DNA of 64,000 nt from Camelus dromedarius (lineage: Eukaryota). Made by a program: the position numbers and the translations under genes. Position 1 is the stretch's first letter. Each line of letters starts with the position of its first letter. Where the stretch lies: the NCBI RefSeq assembly GCF_036321535.1, contig NC_087459.1, positions 8,432,001 to 8,496,000 on the forward strand. Direction: 5' to 3'. Shown here piece by piece: positions 19,401-37,965 of the stretch. The notes under the pieces were generated by a model. That model ran no database searches, had not been told where the DNA came from, and saw only the letters and a program-made list of their open reading frames with translations.

Positions 19401-21559
19401 GGGACCTTGAAGACCTGTGGACTCAGAAGAGGGGTCATCTTACGGGGTGGGGGCACAGTGTGCATATCTCTCTTACCAGGGCCTCGTATGGGGTGGGGGC
19501 ATGGTGGCTGACTTGGCGGTGAACTTCGAGTCTGGGCGTCCCCTTCCACTTGCCGGCCCTGCCCACATGCATGCTGGGGGTCAGAGGGTCCTGGGACCTA
19601 CCCACGGACCTGCCTCAGGCAGTACCCCCACCAGAATCATGGCTCTTCCTGGCACTTATCACTCAGAAGAAAGGAAAACCTTGAATGAACGAAAGTCCCA
19701 AGCGTTGTCAATTCACTCACTTGTTCTGCGTTTATCCAGCCCTCCTTTGAGCTGGCCCCTGCCTCCAGGCTGAAGATCAGCAGGGCCCCAGACAGATTCC
19801 TTCTTTCTCCCACCGGTCCCTGGCCCAGGGTGCCCTGTCCTGCCTGACTTGGTGTTAGCAGAGCACCAGGAGTTGTCTGCACCTGAATGCAACCCCTGGC
19901 TTGAAAGACTATCTTGGAGGCTCCACCTGTCAATGAAGGGGGCACTGGAGAGGGGCAGAGAGCCTTTTGTTTCTGAAGAAGGAAGTGGAGCTGCAGGCCA
20001 GAGGTTATGGTGTAACCCAGCAGCGGGGAAGGGGAGGTGACATTATTTCACCCAGCCCCTGGCAGAGACCCTGCCCATGGCCATCCATTTCCCAGCTCCC
20101 GATGTGAGAGGACCTTGGAGTCCTGGGGCTCACCCTGCTCACTGCACTCTCTCCAAGGACACTGACTGCCAGCTGCCACCCTCCAGTTAACCAGGATGTA
20201 CAAATGACTGTGGACCGCTGGGGTGCAGGCAGCCAGGCATTGCTCCTCACAGATCCCCTATCAGTCTGACCTTCCCCACACTGGCCCATCTGGGCACCCC
20301 ACTACAGGTCTGAGCCCAGAGAGGCAGCCTAGGGGCACGGCCTGAACACAGTGGCTTAATTTGCAAGAGGAGGCTAGCCTGCTCTTGGGCCAAGTTCACT
20401 CTCAGGGACACTCTGGGCCAGGATGCAATGCTGGGAGAGGTGAGAAAAGTCCAAGGTCCATCCTGGCCCTAGGGCGCAGAGGTTCCTGCTCATCACTCAG
20501 CTGGCTCCCTCCCCACCCCTGGTCACCTTCAACATGCTTGCTGCCATCAGGCTAGACTGAAAAGTTGGCTGCCACCTTCACTGTTTCTCATTTGGGGTAA
20601 AGAAGAAAGGGAAGGTGTGGACAGAGAGGACCTAAGGCTAAATGGCCTCAGGCAAGTGCCTCCCCTCTGTAAGCCTCCTGTTACTCCCCTGCAGAATGAG
20701 CACCTGCCCCACTAGGGTTAGGTAGAGTGTCAGGGCAATGATGCCCATGAAGGCACACCAAGTGCTCAATCACCGCTCACCTATGGTGGGCTCGCCCTTA
20801 GTCAAAGCTGGCTGCTAGACACAGGCTGGCCTGGATCAGTGCCCCAGGGCCAGTGACAATCCTGAGTCCCACCTAGGCTCCACTTTAGCTAGTGATCAGC
20901 TTGGGACACAGAGGGTAAGTTGGTACAAGCTGGAGTAATGGGGTGGGGAACCCATTCTCTGCAACCCCAGGGGATTTTCTAACAGCTGCAATCATTGCTG
21001 GCCCCCAGCAGGGCAGAGATGGAGATGTTTTCTAGACAAGGAGGCTGCCCCACTGTGGAGAGAGGGCAAGCAGCAGGAAGCCCCTCCTGAAAGGCGCTCC
21101 TCCACATCAGCCTACTTGGTGTTGTCAATGCTGACCATCCCCCAGTCCCACTCACCACTTACCTTCCTCTGCTTGGTGTCAGGGATCTAATCCACAGAGC
21201 ACCGTGCACTCCGAGCCCATGCATCTATGTCATCCTCCTGCCCCCTACCCCCCACCATGGCTTTCCTGTGCTCTCACACAACAAGGAGACAGACTGGGTT
21301 CCACAGACAGAGGAAGGTTCAGTGCTCTGCCCAATGTAACAAAGTGAGCCGGAGGCCCACCAAGGCCCAGCAAGTGAGCCAGCAGCCCCTGCACAGGCCA
21401 GTGACCTCACGGCAGCACAGAGACCTCTAGCCTTGGCAGGGGATCAGGGGAGGGGAAATGAGAAGGCTGAACAGGCCCACAGCACTAGCCTCTCCCTCCT
21501 CCCTCCCCAGCCACGCCAATCTCATCTGACCACCTTTGCCTTCACACCTGCAGGCTCCC

Positions 21560-22750
21560 CTCTACCCGATGTAGGGATGCTCCCAGTTGCTGAGTCTGTG
21601 TCTTCCAATAAGGCATTTGGAATTGAGAAAATAACCACGAGGTGGGGTTGGGGACTCACGAGACCCACTGTGAGACAGACCTGAGCTAAAAACTCCATTG
21701 ACTACCAGACCTCCATAAGCCCCTAATCTGACACAGTTACATTTGTGTCTCCTCGAATTGGTATCAGTCCAGAGCCAGTGTCCAGTAGTCCCTGAAATGT
21801 CTGATTATTTCCTTTTCCCCAGTGTACACTCACCCTGGCATGGGTCACTCTGGGGAAGGCTAGGAGAAAGACAAACCATCTAAATGTTTGGAAGTAGAGC
21901 AGGGTCCTTCCTCAAGGGGTCCCACCTCTGGTTCATTGAAGAGTTTCTGGACACGTAAACTGACTCAAGCCTGCGAATTGATTGAGGGGTCATGACTCTG
22001 TATTTATGAGTCAAGTTGGACTCATTCACTTGACCTAAAGCTCTTCTGCATATATAGATAGAGGGAATTCAGCAGGCTTCCAATCTATCTCACTTCTAGG
22101 AGCACCCTGTTCGACTGGCCAATGCTGGAATTCTCTTTGAGTAGGACTATTCTGATAGCTTTTTGGACCTTGCTGTCCATCACAGTGAGAACACCTCCTT
22201 GCCTTTGGTCCTTGAGAGCCACCACTTTGCCCAGCCAGCCTGGGATCCTATGACCCCCTATGCATTTCAGTCCCCAAGTCAGTATCAGCCAGTCTCACGT
22301 AATTTCCAGCTTACAGAGAACAGTGATCACAGAGCTCTTCTATGATGCCGCAAACTTATCCCTCTCAATCGTGGTGAAAGGTGTGCTCTCTGGATTCTCC
22401 CAGGTGGGTGAGTGGGTCCTAAGAGACAAATCCACACTAACATTCCCGTCTCCCTAAGCCTTTGAACCCCTCCCTCTATTAAACCAGGCAGGTCTGGCAT
22501 TTCAACTCATTCAGTGTCGGCCAACCAACCAAACTTAGAGCCCTTCCTGATTCCCCAAGCTCTGTCATTAAATCTAGAATCTCTGCTAATGAGCCGCTGT
22601 CAATAAACTTGACCTGATCCAACGTTATGTTCCCTCCAACCTTATCCCACCCCTTATTATCCATACCAACACACGTTCCCTGGGTTTCAGTCAAAATTAA
22701 TCGGGGAAATCGTGTAGCTCTTTTGGAGTATAGCACACCTCCTAGTGGGT
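21560..22750 (-). mobile_element. ERVL (HERV-L/MERVL-like) internal relic: gag plus protease
   Basis: Minus-strand translation gives gag-like WDKVGGNITLDQVKFIDSGSL and protease VHWGKGNNQTFQGLLDTGS (LLDTGS at 21788-21771). Frameshifted and stop-interrupted; no LTR recognised. Confidence 0.8.
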
Positions 22751-23229
22751 CTCGCTCTGCACCTCCCCCTCCAGGGCCTGGAGCAAGCCAAGTCTGCCGC
22801 CTTCTCAGGGCCTCTGCACATACTGTGGGCAGCTCCTCTCCTTGCTTCTGTCACCAGTCACTGCTGAAGTGGCACGACCCCTCCTTGGTGTCCCCTTTCT
22901 GACCACTGGGCCTAAAGCACCAGCCCCCTAGTCAGCCCCTCCACATAGATCTAACATCTCACTCTGCTACAATTACACACAGTCCTTATCTTCATCTGGC
23001 GTGAACTTACTGTCTCCTCAACTACACCTCAAGATCTTTAGGACAGGTCCCATCTGTCTTGTTCACGCGTGCATCCCCAGGGCTGTAGCCAGAACCTGAC
23101 ATTGAACAGAGGCATGCTCAATAAATATTTGTGGGAAAAGTGAAACAGCTGGGCAAAGGCTGACCCTTGGGTCCTGGCATCCCTGACAGCAAGCCTGTTA
23201 ATAAAGACAGCAAGCCTGGGTTCCATTTG

Positions 23230-23235
23230 TTTATT
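23230..23235 (-). terminator. Poly(A) signal AATAAA of MSRB1
   Basis: TTTATT on + strand, about 800 nt after the stop and about 300 nt after the SECIS. Confidence 0.7.
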
Positions 23236-23534
23236 GATCTCCTCCTGATGACCCTACAGAGGATTCAAGATAGGAGGGGGCTTTACCCACCCTCCCCAAT
23301 GGCAGGAGCCTCAGAGCAGGTGCAGTAAGGCATGGGCACTGTATCCTGGGAAGGGGTGAACTGTAGTCTGTGAGCTCCAGGCTCCCCAGCCTTGCACAAT
23401 CAAGGTAATGGAGCAACAACTGCTTTCCTAAGCCCAAGTGAGGCAAGCAGTTTTCACACAGATTGGGCAACAGGGTTCAGGATTTCATAACTGAGACACC
23501 AGGGATCTGTCCCCTCTGCCTGCTCCCCGAGCAG

Positions 23535-23596
23535 GTCACGATCATCACCACTCTGGCTGCCAGGAAGGGTTTCACCAGAGTGAATCATGGAGTGAC
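23535..23596 (-). promoter_or_regulatory. SECIS element in MSRB1 3'UTR
   Basis: Minus strand GTCAC-tcc-ATGAT-TCACTCTGG-TG-AAA-CCCTTCCTGGCAG-CCAGAGTGG-TGAT-gatc-GTGAC. Helix I GTCAC/GTGAC, AUGA...GA core, 9-bp helix II, apical AAA. Confidence 0.92.
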
Positions 23597-24028
23597 AGTC
23601 TGGAGCAGCCAGCTGGGGCTGCCTCTGTTTGCATTCTGTCTCCCAACACAGCCTGGGGGAGGTGGGCCAGAGCCATTTCAGAACTGGGCCCCCCAGGGGT
23701 GAGTCCAGACAGGCAGGGAGGGGGCTGAGGAGGAGAGAAGGTGGGGGGTGCACCATCATTCAAAGATGAGCCGGGCCTAGAGCCCACTCCCTGAGACCCC
23801 TGTGTGAACAGGAGGCCAAGATGAGCTGACGGCGGGGCCCTCCAGGCCCATTCTGGCAGCCTTTTCCCAAGGAGAGCCTGTTCACAGCCAAGGCCTTGGG
23901 AGCCTTCCCGATGTTTCAGCTATCCACCCTCCCCCAAGCCTGAATGTCTGGGGTTCCACTTCCAAGGTGGGATGGCCAGAGTGTAGCCACGATGCGGTGT
24001 CCATCTAGGATGGATATGGGCTGCCCGC

Positions 24029-27000
24029 CTACTGTCCCTGGGAGGCAGAAGTTTCTTTGCCTGGGGAGAGAAAAACAAGTCACTGCCAACTTTTGTTTTA
24101 GACACCATGCCCAGGGCTAGCCCACCCTCACTCCAGCCTGCAGGCCAGGGAAGCGGGGAGGACCCAGACACCCAGCTTGGGGGAGTCTCTGTGCCTGTTT
24201 TGTTCCTTGAGATCTGCAGGAGAACACAGAGTCTCTTCTTTCTCCACAAGGACAGAGGAAAAATAGCTACAAAAGGACAGAAGTATTATCAAATCCTTAT
24301 CATGCATCGGCCTTTACGGACACCCTCACTTAACCCCCACAGTGACGACAGCGAGCAGGTGCTGTTTGCAACCCCATTTGACAGAGAACAAAACTGAGAC
24401 TAGGGACTGGCCACAGTCCTGCGGGCAGCAAATGAGGAGAGGGATTTGAGCTACAAAGAGTGGGAAGAATTAAAAAACTAAAAATAGAGTTACCATATGA
24501 TCCAGCAATCCCACTCCTAGGCATATACTCGGAGAAAACTAGAATTCAAAAGATACACACACCCCAATGTTCACAGCATCACTATTTACAATAGCCAAGA
24601 TATAGAAGCAATCTAAATGTCCATCAACAGATGACTGGATAAAGAAGTTATGCTATATGTATACAATAGAATACTACTCAACCATAAAAAAGAATGAAAT
24701 AATGCCATTTGCAGCAATATGGAAGGACCTAGAGATTGTCATATTAAGTGAAGTCAGTCAGACAGACAAAGACAAATACCATATGATATTACGTAATGTG
24801 AAATCTAAAAAAATGACATAGATGAACTTATTTACAAAACAGAAACAGAATCACAGGCATAGAAAACAAAGGTGGGGGAGGGATAAATTAGGAGTTTGGG
24901 ATTAGCAGATACAAACTACTGTATATAAAATAGATAAACAACAAGGACCTAATGTATAGCACAGGGAACCATACTAAATAGCTTGTAATAACCTGTAATA
25001 AAAAAGAATATACATATGTATAAGTGAATCACTATGCTGTCCACCAAAAACTAACACAACATTGTAAATCAACTATACCTCAATTTAAAAAAGAAAAGAA
25101 AAAAAGAGTGGGAAAAGTCCAGAGGGTGGCTGGTGTACAGACAGTCGTGCAGTGAGTGTTTGTATGAGCAGGAGAGCCAAGGGCTGGAGAGGAGGCTGAG
25201 CTCAGATAAAATGCACACAAATGAAGAACAGCTCCCAAAACAAACACTGCCAACAGAAGCACATATTTATTGAGCTCCTGCTGCGTGCCAGACCCCAGCG
25301 CACATTAATGCAGCTGATCTCAATGGGCCTGTGAAGGAGGCTCTGCCATCATGCCCTCCACTCAAAGGAGGAACCACACAGCCCCTGGTCCTCAGCCTCT
25401 GTGCCGCCCTGCCTCCCACTCCTCAGGGGGAAGGGCTAGGCCTCCAGAGAAAACCCTTCGCCACATCCACTCTCGGATAGCTCTTTTGGGCACACGTGAT
25501 TGACAAGGCACAGGAGGCAAGACATCAGCCCCTTATCCCTGCCCCACGGTCACCATTCAGTGGCCCTGGGCAGGACAGAGGCAGCATGCTTCGGTGCCCC
25601 CATGCTTTGTCACTGTAAGTAGACAAGACCAGCATGCCCCCGCCCCTGGGCCTCTCAGATGTACGACAGGCCTTTGCCCAGCTGCCGGAAGGCAAGCTCA
25701 CCTTTAGGGATGAACTTCAGCGAGCTGCTGAATATTCAGAAGCGGGACTGTCCCCGCTTGGGGCCATCATTCAGGAACTCATGGCCCAGCCCGTTGCCAC
25801 ACCTGCCACAGGACACCTGGGAAGACCACAAAACAGCCATGCAAACTTCTGGCCATGAAACAGCTGCAGCGGTAGTTCCCACTGCCACCAGCATGTGGTG
25901 TCCTCCCCACGCCCATGTCCCAAGGTAACTGCAGGCGTGAGAGGTGGAAGCCTTCCTGTTTCTCTGTTCTCCCCAGGACCCCAGGCTCTCCCAAAAGCCT
26001 GGAGTGGCAGCTCCCCTGGTTGAGGGCAGAGCCTGGAAAAGACAGACTCTAGGCCGAGAGAGCTGTTGGGAAAGCAGCAGGAAGGGGTGGCTAGCTCTTG
26101 GGCCCTCTCTGGCCAACACCCCATCAATGCATCCCTGCTGCTACCACCCACCTTTATGGCTCCAGGCCGATTATGCTCTGGACGCTTGGCCACACTGTCA
26201 GCATGGATGGTCTCGGTGAAGGCCGGCCATGGGGATGAGTGCGCATACTTGGAGCGGCTGGAGAAGAGCTCATAGCCACACTTGACACACACGTAGACGC
26301 CTGGAAGGGAAGGAGAGGCAAAAGCAGAGATGCTCATGCTGGCCTCTCTGGGGCCAGCTCCCAAATCCTTAAACCCAGGAGACAGTGCCACCCCGATTGC
26401 CAGGTGGGCTGCATACCCTCCCCACGCACTCACCCACCCAGCACGCATAGGCCTGAGTATTGGCTCTGTGGGGAACACACACCACAGAGCTCACATGTAG
26501 TGTCCTTAGCATGTGCCAGAGACCAGGAAAGCCACTTTTCACACTTATCTCATGGACTCTTCTTAGCAGCCCTGTGGCACAGATGTGTTTCCCTTTTACA
26601 GATGAGGAGGCTGAGGCTCAGTGATACAAAATGCTCACCTACAGGGTGTACAGCCGGGAAGGAGCCTGGGCAGTCTGATGACGACACAGCACTGCCCCCC
26701 GCCCACAAACAGGCCCCATATGGTGGGGGCTCTGACATGGCCAGCACCACCACTAGCCCCTCTCCATTCCCATGAGGCTATCCCTGCTACTTGAAGAAGT
26801 CTTGAGTTGGACGCCCAGCCACGTGGCCTGCTCTCCAGGAGAAGAAGAATGATCCCAGCAAAAAGAGCTCCAGTACAGATGGAGGTGTCCAAGAAGACAG
26901 AGGGCCATGGAGAACAGGGTTTAACCTATCCCTAAAAGATCACTTTGAGGAGAAAAAAAAAAGTTGCAAAACTGACTTGCAGAACAGGAAACTGCCAGGG

Positions 27001-28113
27001 GTCCTGAGTCACTCTTCTCTTCCCTTCTTGCCCAACTTGGAAACAGCCCCCCGCCCCGAGTCTGTCACCTACTCAGCCTTTACCAGTAACTGGAGGGAGA
27101 AAAGAGGAACCAGGAGCTGCTGTGGGAGTGGAGTTTCCAGCTGGGCAGAGTAGCCTGAGGACAACCTGGAGTTCCACAACCAGAGGGTCTGAAGGGAGGA
27201 CTTTGCCCAGAGGGTCCTATGTCACAGCTGGTAATCTTAGACGCCAGATGTCATAGCTTGGCCCTCTAGAGGGCCGACAGGGAACAAATCCTGCCCCAGG
27301 TACATCACTGCCCTAGAATTCCCTGTGGGCGTGTTTTTACCAAATTAGTCCATTACCAGGCAGCACAGCCCGGAAGAGGATTCATCTGGGCCTCTTGAAG
27401 CCTGAGGTCAGAGCTGAGGGCTGGCCCTGCCCCAAGCCAACCACTCACCCCCACCTCCCGCCCCTCCTACCTAGCCCAGGCAGTCCAAACTTCACCGGCC
27501 ATTGGCAGCCTGGCAGCACTCCTGGTTACCCAACCCCAAGGGCCCTGGGCAGGTGAGGAAGGCACCCAGGTAATCACATTTGGATCCCAACAAGAGGATC
27601 TGTGCTTTCCAGCTTACCCCGCAGGTCTGGGGAAGTGGGGAGGAGAAAGGGCTTGGGGTAACATCAGGGGGATGCCCCAAAGAGGGGCATCCCAGTCACA
27701 GGAACTACCTCTGGACGGGACTTTCCACGGCATCCTTCTGAAGTCCAGATCCTGACCCATATATCTTCAACAGTGTCACCACCTCCATATACCCTGACCC
27801 CACAGATTTCTCTTGAAACGGCCACGCTCACACTCAAAAGTCTGTCCTCCTCGAGGACAGCGACCCTTTAGACTCTCTAATGTCCCCATCCCCTACTCCT
27901 ACTCCTACTCTCCGGGCTCCCCAGGCTTCTTCCTCCTCCGATTCCCCTTACCGACATGCGCTATCATACTTGCTCCCCATTCCGGGGGCTCCCAGGTTCC
28001 ATCAGCACCTGGAGGGCGTCCCCGCCCCACTGTCGCCCCAGGAGATAGCAGGTTGTACCCGGCTCAAAGTGGTTCTGGAAAACCTCGCCCCCGAAGAAGC
28101 TGCAGAACGACAT
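24029..28113 (-). CDS. MSRB1: Methionine-R-sulfoxide reductase B1 (selenoprotein R), 116 aa, Sec at codon 95
   Basis: Exons 28113-28059 (55 nt), 26300-26152 (149), 25816-25702 (115), 24060-24029 (32); 351 nt. [19 protein letters not shown], Zn motifs CVKC and CGRC, in-frame TGA at 25738-25736 in [14 protein letters not shown], terminal TAG. Confidence 0.97.
24467..25102 (+). mobile_element. 5'-truncated L1 (ORF2 end, 3'UTR, A-tail) with target-site duplication, in MSRB1 intron 3
   Basis: GAGTTACCATATGATCCAGCAATCCCACTCCTAGGCATATA...AATGAAATAATGCCATTTGCAGCAA...CATTGTAAATCAACTATAC plus A-tail. TSD AAAGAGTGGGAA at 24455-24466 and 25103-25114. Confidence 0.9.
26590..26680 (-). mobile_element. MIR fragment
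   Basis: TTTTACAGATGAGGAGGCTGAGGCTCAG MIR core (reverse complement). Confidence 0.6.
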
Positions 28114-28620
28114 GGCGCCGACGGGACCGCTGCGCGCTCGCCGCTTCAGACAGATGTGAAGCCGCCGACCCACAACCGGGGGCCTGTACCCTCCTCGCCC
28201 CGCCTCCCGAATACCAATCGCTCCAGGATCAGGGACGGGCCCCAGCGCCCTGAGGCCCCACCCCCTCAGGGGACCAATCACGTCCAGAGGCGCTAGACAC
28301 CATCGAAGAGGCCGCCCCCGGCTGACCCGCCCCTTTCCGCAGACCAATCCCGCCCTGGGACGAAGGTTCTGTCTTCCGCCTCCAGGAGGCCCCGCCCCTC
28401 CCGAGGACCAGCCGCCTCCGCCTTCCCAGCAGGCCCCGCCCACCACTAAAGACCATTCCTGTGTGCAGCGTCCGTGAGGCCCCACACCTGCTGCCCAGGG
28501 GACGCAGCTGAGCTGCGCTGGGTTTGGGGTGGTAACCACGGTGCACCTTGAGCCCTGTCTTCTTGTCCCTTCACGGCGCTAAGCCCGGGGTCACCGCGCG
28601 GTTGACCAGCCTTTCTGTGC
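27950..28620. promoter_or_regulatory. MSRB1 CpG-island promoter
   Basis: CpG-rich; GC boxes GGCCCCGCCC near 28388 and 28432; CCAAT boxes near 28213, 28274 and 28344. Confidence 0.7.
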
Positions 28621-28657
28621 CCCTCAACTCTGAGACAGAACGGGAAGAGTTGCCTCT

Positions 28658-28663
28658 TTTATT
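28658..28663 (-). terminator. Poly(A) signal AATAAA of RPL3L
   Basis: TTTATT on + strand, about 60 nt after the stop. Confidence 0.8.
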
Positions 28664-28724
28664 AGACGGGGGACAGGCGGGGATCCTGACACGCTTCTCT
28701 CAGGCTCCCTCCATTGCATCCTGC

Positions 28725-35446
<6,722 letters not shown>

Positions 35447-35925
35447 GGTGGTCGGTCCCTGCGGGTCAGGAAGGTAAGGGGCCTCCCTGCCAGGCGCTGG
35501 AGGTCGAGCGGCAGGTCCAGGACACACAGCAGCCAGATCCCAGATTTAGCCCCTGGCAGGGGAGCTCTGTCATCTCCAGTGTCAGGCATGGGCTCTGGTG
35601 CCAGGAAGAGGCCTGGCCCAGGGCAGGGCAAAGGGGGGCAGCCCCTGGGTTGGGGACACCTGGAGCCAGGGCTGGCCCTCCTTTCCTGCAGGGTCCTGGG
35701 ACTAGGTCCCACACTTTGCTTTCTGCCTCCTATGACCCTCTGGAACAGGAACAACTTGGCCTGGTAGGGAGGCTGAGAAATCTGTTGAGGGGTTTCTCTC
35801 AGGCAGCTGGCATTGGAGCAGAGAGGATTCTTGTACTGTCCTGAGGACTGTGAGCCTGAGCTGGACGAACGGGGAGCGATGGGGAGGGTTGACTCTGTGC
35901 CCAGAGGATCACCAGGGCCTTTACT

Positions 35926-35935
35926 CCATATAAGG
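35926..35935. promoter_or_regulatory. CArG box (SRF site) upstream of RPL3L
   Basis: CCATATAAGG matches CC(A/T)6GG, 480 bp upstream of the RPL3L ATG; E-box CAGCTG at 35804-35809. Confidence 0.55.
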
Positions 35936-35989
35936 ATCCCTTGACTCTAATAGCTGTGATCTAAGAATATTTATTCACCCTTTCTTTTA

Positions 35990-36080
35990 CTTTTCTTTTT
36001 TTTTTTAATGGAGGTGCTAGGGAGTTGAACCCAGGACCTCATGTATGCTAAGCACACACTCTACCACACTCTACCCCCCA
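35990..36080 (-). mobile_element. tRNA-derived SINE (camelid type), antisense
   Basis: T-tail followed by AATGGAGGTGCTAGGGAGTTGAACCCAGGACCTCATGTATGCTAAGCACACACTCTACC. Confidence 0.85.
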
Positions 36081-37074
36081 CCCTGCCAAGAACATTCAGA
36101 CAGTTTTAGGAACTTAAATTTTGCAGTTTTGATTAAAATCTCTTATTTTTTTGATTCAAAGATTGTAAGGTTTTAAAGTTCTGTAGCTACAGAATCAGAG
36201 TTTTAGAGGCCTGAGATATTGCTGAGGGTCAGCGCATTTTGCATCATTAGATGCTAAAATCCTCCGCTACTAAAATATGACAACTCTTTGTTTTTGTTGT
36301 TTTTGAATTACAAAGCTACTTTTAACACTTGGGCTGAGCCCAGCAGGGATATAATCACTGGAAGGAGTAACCTGACAGTCCCAGAAGTGGCCCAGGGGAA
36401 GAGAGACTACCGGAAGGACGGAAGCTCCGAAGGGATGCGCTGTAGGCTCAGGACCAAAGGGAATGCCAGCGATGCTGAGGCTGTAAGCACGTAGTGGGAC
36501 CGGCTCCAGATACTCAGACCAAGAGCCAGAGGGTTGGACATGGAGCCCCAAAGCTGCTTGGGTTCCTCTCTCTCCTCTGCCTTTTTCTGTTTCTGCTGCA
36601 TGATCTCCAGGTCACTCTGCTGCTGGGTAGCAGCACAAAGTCTTCATCTTGGCACTTTTCCGTAATGGAGTACCATACTCTGCTTTCTTATATTCTTTTG
36701 GTGGGCAAGCTCACACTGGTTACTGCGGGTCATGGCAATGACTCCAGCCTAACTCTGTTGGTTCCCCTCATTCAGGCCGATGTTGCAGGCCGATGTTATG
36801 ATTGGCTGAGTCTGATAATTTCTAAGAGTTCATGATTTGAAGATTTGAGGTTTCTATGATTGCAGATTCTGTGTGTCCATAGGATTGATGACTCCGTGTC
36901 CCTGACCCCAGCCTCTGGGCAGGAAGTGACCAGCACTCACCCTCCCTGGTGTTGGTCAGAGGCTGTGCCAGGTATGGAGATCATAGAGGTTGGCCAGGAG
37001 GACCCTGGTCAGTGGAGCTGCCTCAGGGGCACAACAGTGCTCAGGGCCAGGATGGAGCCATCAGAACCAGAACA

Positions 37075-37185
37075 GATGTAGGTATGTGCATAACTGGATC
37101 GTTTTGCTGTACACCTGAAACTAACATTGTAAATCGACTATATTTCTATAAAAAATAAGAATTAAAAAACAAAACAAAAACAAAA
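37075..37185 (+). mobile_element. L1 extreme 3' end with A-rich tail
   Basis: ATAACTGGATCGTTTTGCTGTACACCTGAAACTAACATTGTAAATCGACTATA followed by an A/CAAAA tail. Confidence 0.7.
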
Positions 37186-37751
37186 ACAGGAACAGAGTGC
37201 CCTGCACCCAGGGTAAGAATTAATTCTCCTTACTTGGAGGAGGGGTCGGAGGGTGGGGTGGGGCAAGCCCCGCCTCCTGTTCTGCCCCAGGGAGGCCCCC
37301 CTCAAGCTCACTGGCATGAGCCAGTCCATGAGAGGCCCTGGCAAACCCAGTGGAGCCCAGAGAGGGCTGCAGCAAATGGGCAATCTTGGAAGGCTCCCTG
37401 GAAAAGCAGGGCGTTTGGTAGTTTGTGTTATTTTTTGTCTTTGCTATTTGCTTGCTCTATTGGCCTGAGGTCTCCAGAAGAGCCCAGCTGTGTTCATCAG
37501 TCGGCTCCCTGCTGCACTTGGCACGCAATTGGCAGTTCAGACTGAATGAGTAGATTACTTACTCCTGTGTCTGACTCGTCCTAGAATGTAAGCAAGGATC
37601 CTTGATTCCTTCACTGCCGTATACCAAGCGCCAAGACCAGCGCCCAGCACACTGTAGGCGCCCGTCGCGTGTGCAGTGGGCGCCATGGTCCCAAGCAGGG
37701 GTGCTGGCGCTGCGAAGCAGCTCCCTAGACCAGCTTGGCCTTGCCGGACGA

Positions 37752-37864
37752 ACTACTAGTCCCATCGTGCCTTGCGGAGGCTCCCAGCCCCCGGCGACCT
37801 CGGCTACGGACTAATTACAGGTTCCATGATGCATCGCGGGCGCCAGCCGTCCTGCGCAAGCGCG
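37752..37864 (+). promoter_or_regulatory. NDUFB10 promoter: ZNF143/THAP11-type motif and NRF1-like site
   Basis: ACTACTAGTCCCATCGTGCC at 37752-37771; TGCGCAAGCGCG at 37853-37864 (one mismatch to YGCGCAYGCGCR), inside a CpG island. Confidence 0.55.
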
Positions 37865-37965
37865 ACCGCCGTTGGGTGTCCTCTGTACGGGCGAACTAGG
37901 CAGAGGGGTCGAGGCGGAGGCCGGGGCAGCGAGTCTGAGAGCAGAGTCAGCCGCGCGCCGCAGCC

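Noticed and set aside
18753-19511. 252-aa and Pro-rich ORFs over the orphan CpG island
   Set aside because: Composition simply mirrors the G-rich and C-rich strands; no domain signal.
24478-24487. Perfect MEF2 site CTAAAAATAG near the muscle gene RPL3L
   Set aside because: Part of the ordinary L1 ORF2-end sequence and 11 kb from the RPL3L promoter; no independent support.
25736-25738. Premature stop suggesting an MSRB1 pseudogene
   Set aside because: It is the Sec codon: the frame continues in conserved sequence and a SECIS is present.
36100-36900. Possible ancient LTR-like element between RPL3L and NDUFB10
   Set aside because: Only vague resemblance; I could not identify termini or a family.
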